A DNA stretch of 64,000 nt. It comes from Azolla caroliniana. Its lineage: Eukaryota; Plantae; Polypodiophyta. The stretch spans positions 6,200,001 to 6,264,000 of the forward strand of contig JBHGNT010000014.1 in the NCBI GenBank assembly GCA_043228905.1, in the 5' to 3' direction. Positions 60,901 to 64,000 of the stretch are shown here, piece after piece (positions within the stretch are counted from its first letter, which is position 1; each line of letters opens with the position of its first letter). The notes under the pieces are model-generated. The model was not told the DNA's origin. It saw only the letters and a program-made list of their open reading frames with translations, and made no database searches. Position numbers and translations under genes: made by a program.

Positions 60901-62508
60901 CTCCAACCAGAAACCAATTTTGGGCATACCGGTGGATGCACGGTTAGGTGGGGGTGGATGTCGTGAAGAAAACCATCCCCTGGCGCAATCGGTGAATAGC
61001 GCACATGAACCGGCCCTTCACGTGTGCACACTCTTAATGTATATAATAGAGAATTAGGTACAGAGAGAGATCCGGGGTAGTTAGATTCGGTAGGTAGGAA
61101 GTAAATGAGGGAGACGGCTCCCTTCTTGACACTATAAAGGAGAGGGAGACGCAGGGAGAAGATATAGCGCATTGAGGAGGACGAAGTCCTGTCGGACCGG
61201 AACCGGACGCTTCTCCTCTGTCTGTTCTCTGTTGCCCTTCTCTGCAGGTTTCGGGAGGCTCGCGCTGCTTCGCAGAATGCCCTTGTGCTTTGGCAGCACC
61301 TCCATCCTATTCCCATTTCGTGCGTAGACGAACAGGCATCGGCATCTGTCCGCCGGCCTGTTCAGTTGTAGCCGCTCGCGTGTTCTGCCGTGTACTCGTT
61401 ATTCGTTAATATACAAACACTTGTTTCTTCCTGTCTCTGTGTCCATTTGCGTCTTCTGTGTTGACGGGCCACGCCCCTGTGTTTCTTTGCTCATACGTGA
61501 CCGGGCGTCTCTCTCCTTCTCTTTCCCCTTCTATCACCTGCTCTTCGGTTCAAGATCCCGGTGGTCCCTCCTTGTTTCTGCACACACGCGCGTAACAACG
61601 CGACACCGGTTCTGGGGACTACGGTTTCTATGTCTTCCGCGTTCCGATTCGGTAAGGAGCGCTTTGGAGTCGGAGCTTGTATCCTTATCTTTCTGACGCG
61701 CCTCCTCATCTAGCAAGCTCGACTTCACTCTTGCTAGGGATAACCGTTTCCCTTCCGGCCCGGCGTTGCCCATGGTGACAACCAACGTCTCCCAACTATC
61801 TGGGAGGGAACCGAGCAGGAGCAGCGCTAGTACCTCATCGGCGAGAGGTACTTCCAATGAAGTTTCCTGGTGGATCAGCCCCTGGAAGGCATTCATGTGC
61901 TCCGCCATGCTGGAGCCATCTTGATACCGGAGTCTTACTAGCTTCCGGAATACCGAAACCTGATTAACAACATTTTTGTTTTGAAACATAATGCCGATCT
62001 TCTCCCAGAGCTCATGAGCCTTTCTTTCTTCATAGAAGTTGTTGTATAGGCTCATGTCGATGAAGCACCGTATGTACGCTGTTGTCTTCATGTGCATCAC
62101 CTCCCATATCGTGGCGTCAATTTTGTCCGGTCTCTCATCTTCGACTTCCACACCGAATAGTTGGAGCCGGTGAGCTTGAACATGCCTCCCAACGAATCGT
62201 CCATTTTCTGTGTCGTTTCGCTCTGATACCAGTTTGACAGGAATTGCACACTCCCTGTGCGCAACGCTCGGCCACAACTAAGCTTAGAATCATACACAGA
62301 AAACAGGAAATGAAACACACGACTCAAAGGCGAGAAGAGTACACAGGATGTTTAACATGGAAAACCCTGAGAGGGAAAAACCACGGGAGTCCACAGACTC
62401 CAAACTATTAGTTTACATAAATGTACAATGGTGGAGCACCGAGGTAACGACCTCTAGCTTGCTATCTTCGCCATAGTCGGCGGTTACAACAGAGATACGA
62501 AACCTTCG

Positions 62509-62545
<37 letters not shown>

Positions 62546-64000
62546 GTACACTGTTACGCGCTCTCTCTTCTTGCACCAACAAGAATGACAACAATAACAT
62601 TTTCAATAAGTTTGCCCTAAGTCATATTTATACTAATATGACTTTTTGGCTATTTACAAATATAGCCCCGATGGACTCTCAGAAAACATATTTATGAATA
62701 TGTCTCTTCATCCGGTGAGCACTCCTCATCGGGTCTGCACCATCCGGCTCTCCGTAGCCGGGTACTCGTCATCCGGTTTCGGCATTGTTCTTCTCCTTTC
62801 CCATCTGGAGGGACCTATCTCCCAACAATCTGAAGGTATTTAGGTGTCTTGCGTATGTGTATATAGCTAAGGACCGGAGAGGAAAACTAGATCTAAAGAC
62901 CCGACCATGAATATTCCTCGGTTACGGCGAGGATGAGTTCAGCTACCGAGTGTGGGACCTGGTCGACAAGAAGGTATTCCAGAGTCGAGATATTATCTTC
63001 TTGGAGGACAAGACGCTCGCCGACTGGGAGTTGGAGAAGAAGATAATGAACTCTGAGTCGACCGGTAAGGATCGATTCTACGATGAGCAGACCCAACCGG
63101 CAAGAGACCGGTTAGCACTCGAGGAACCAGCCGGTTACGGTGAGGATACCGAACCGGCAGAAGAAGAAGTAGAGGAAGCTGAAACCGGAACCGGCCAAGA
63201 CCCCGAATTAGATTCGGATGAAGAGCAAATGGAGGAGCCAATTACCGAAGCCCAAAGACGGAGATATCCTCTCAGAGAGAAAAGGGCACCCCAGAGATTT
63301 CCGGATGCAGAGCATGTGCTGCTAACCGATGAGGGGGAGCCAGAAAGCCTCGAAGAAGCGAAGGATGACACCCACAACCGGAAATGGTTAAGTGCCATGC
63401 AAGATGATATGGATTCCCTACATGAGAACCATACGTACGAATTGGTGGAGTTGCCGAAAGGAAAGCGGGCACTCCGAAAGAAGTGGGTGTACAAGTTGAA
63501 ACCGGGAGATGCCGGCAACCCCCCGAGATACAAAGATAGGATCGTGGTGAAGGGGTTCCAGCAGAAGAAGGGCGCGGACTTCGACGAGATATTCGCCCCG
63601 GTAGTAAAGATGACCTCCATCCGGACGGTGCTGAGTATAGAGGCAAGCATGGACCTCGAGGTAGAGCAGCTGGACGTGAAGATGGCATTCCTTCACGGTG
63701 ACCTCGAAGAGGAGATCTACATGGAGCAATCGGAAGGATTCGTGGAGAAAGGGAAGGAGCACCTGGTATGCCGGTTGAAGAAGAGCCTGTACGGACTGAA
63801 ACAGGTTCCCTGACAATGGTACAGGAAGTTCGACTCCTTCATGACCGACCAAGGCTACCACAAGACGTAGGCCGATCACTGCGTGTTTGTGAGGAAGTTT
63901 GAAGGAGGCGACTTCCTGATACTCCTTCTGTACGTGGATGACATGTTGATTGTCGGACGGGACCAAGCCAGAATACGGATGCTGAAGAAGGCTCTCAACG

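Larger units (their letters stand above)
54863..61605 (+). mobile_element. Full-length degenerate Ty3/gypsy G2, same lineage as G1
   Basis: LTRs 54863-55510 and 60959-61605, tRNA-Trp PBS 55515-55531, PPT 60946-60958, 4-bp TSD TCGG/CCGG. Confidence 0.95.
50817..62827 (-). mobile_element. Full-length copia A5, interrupted by gypsy G2
   Basis: LTRs 50817-51451 and 62235-62827, perfect TSD ATCTG, iMet PBS 62220-62231, PPT 51452-51461, gag ATG 62204. Confidence 0.95.
48766..64000 (+). mobile_element. Copia A4 (48766-50816 + 62828-64000), internally deleted, host of later insertions
   Basis: LTR start TGTTAGGAAAC fused to gag; SYRH|LKVF continues across TSD ATCTG; INT C-terminus and RT in ORF 62950-63813. 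Confidence 0.88.

Overview
Plant genomic DNA, most likely a seed-free land plant judging from the retrotransposon families (inference). About 85-90% is nested, mostly degenerate LTR retrotransposons around one intact 9-exon host gene for an erlin/SPFH (band 7) protein (27574-30866). Contents: two full-length non-chromovirus Ty3/gypsy elements (G1 536-10245, G2 54863-61605) plus three related solo LTRs; many Ty1/copia copies of at least three families, three with both LTRs and TSDs (15560-21039, 36793-41160, 50817-62827); a chromovirus 3' fragment; and a 1.35-kb mini-LTR element. The gypsy lineage shows several unusual signals: a tRNA-Trp primer site; a -1 frameshift cassette after protease (GGATTTT-TAG plus a probable pseudoknot); 4-bp TSDs all centred on CpG; an antisense tRNA-like A-box/B-box/oligo-T cassette in several LTRs; and a perfect 9 x 178-bp array grown from the gag zinc knuckle. 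The mini element looks Tf1-type self-priming. All coordinates and counts were read by eye.
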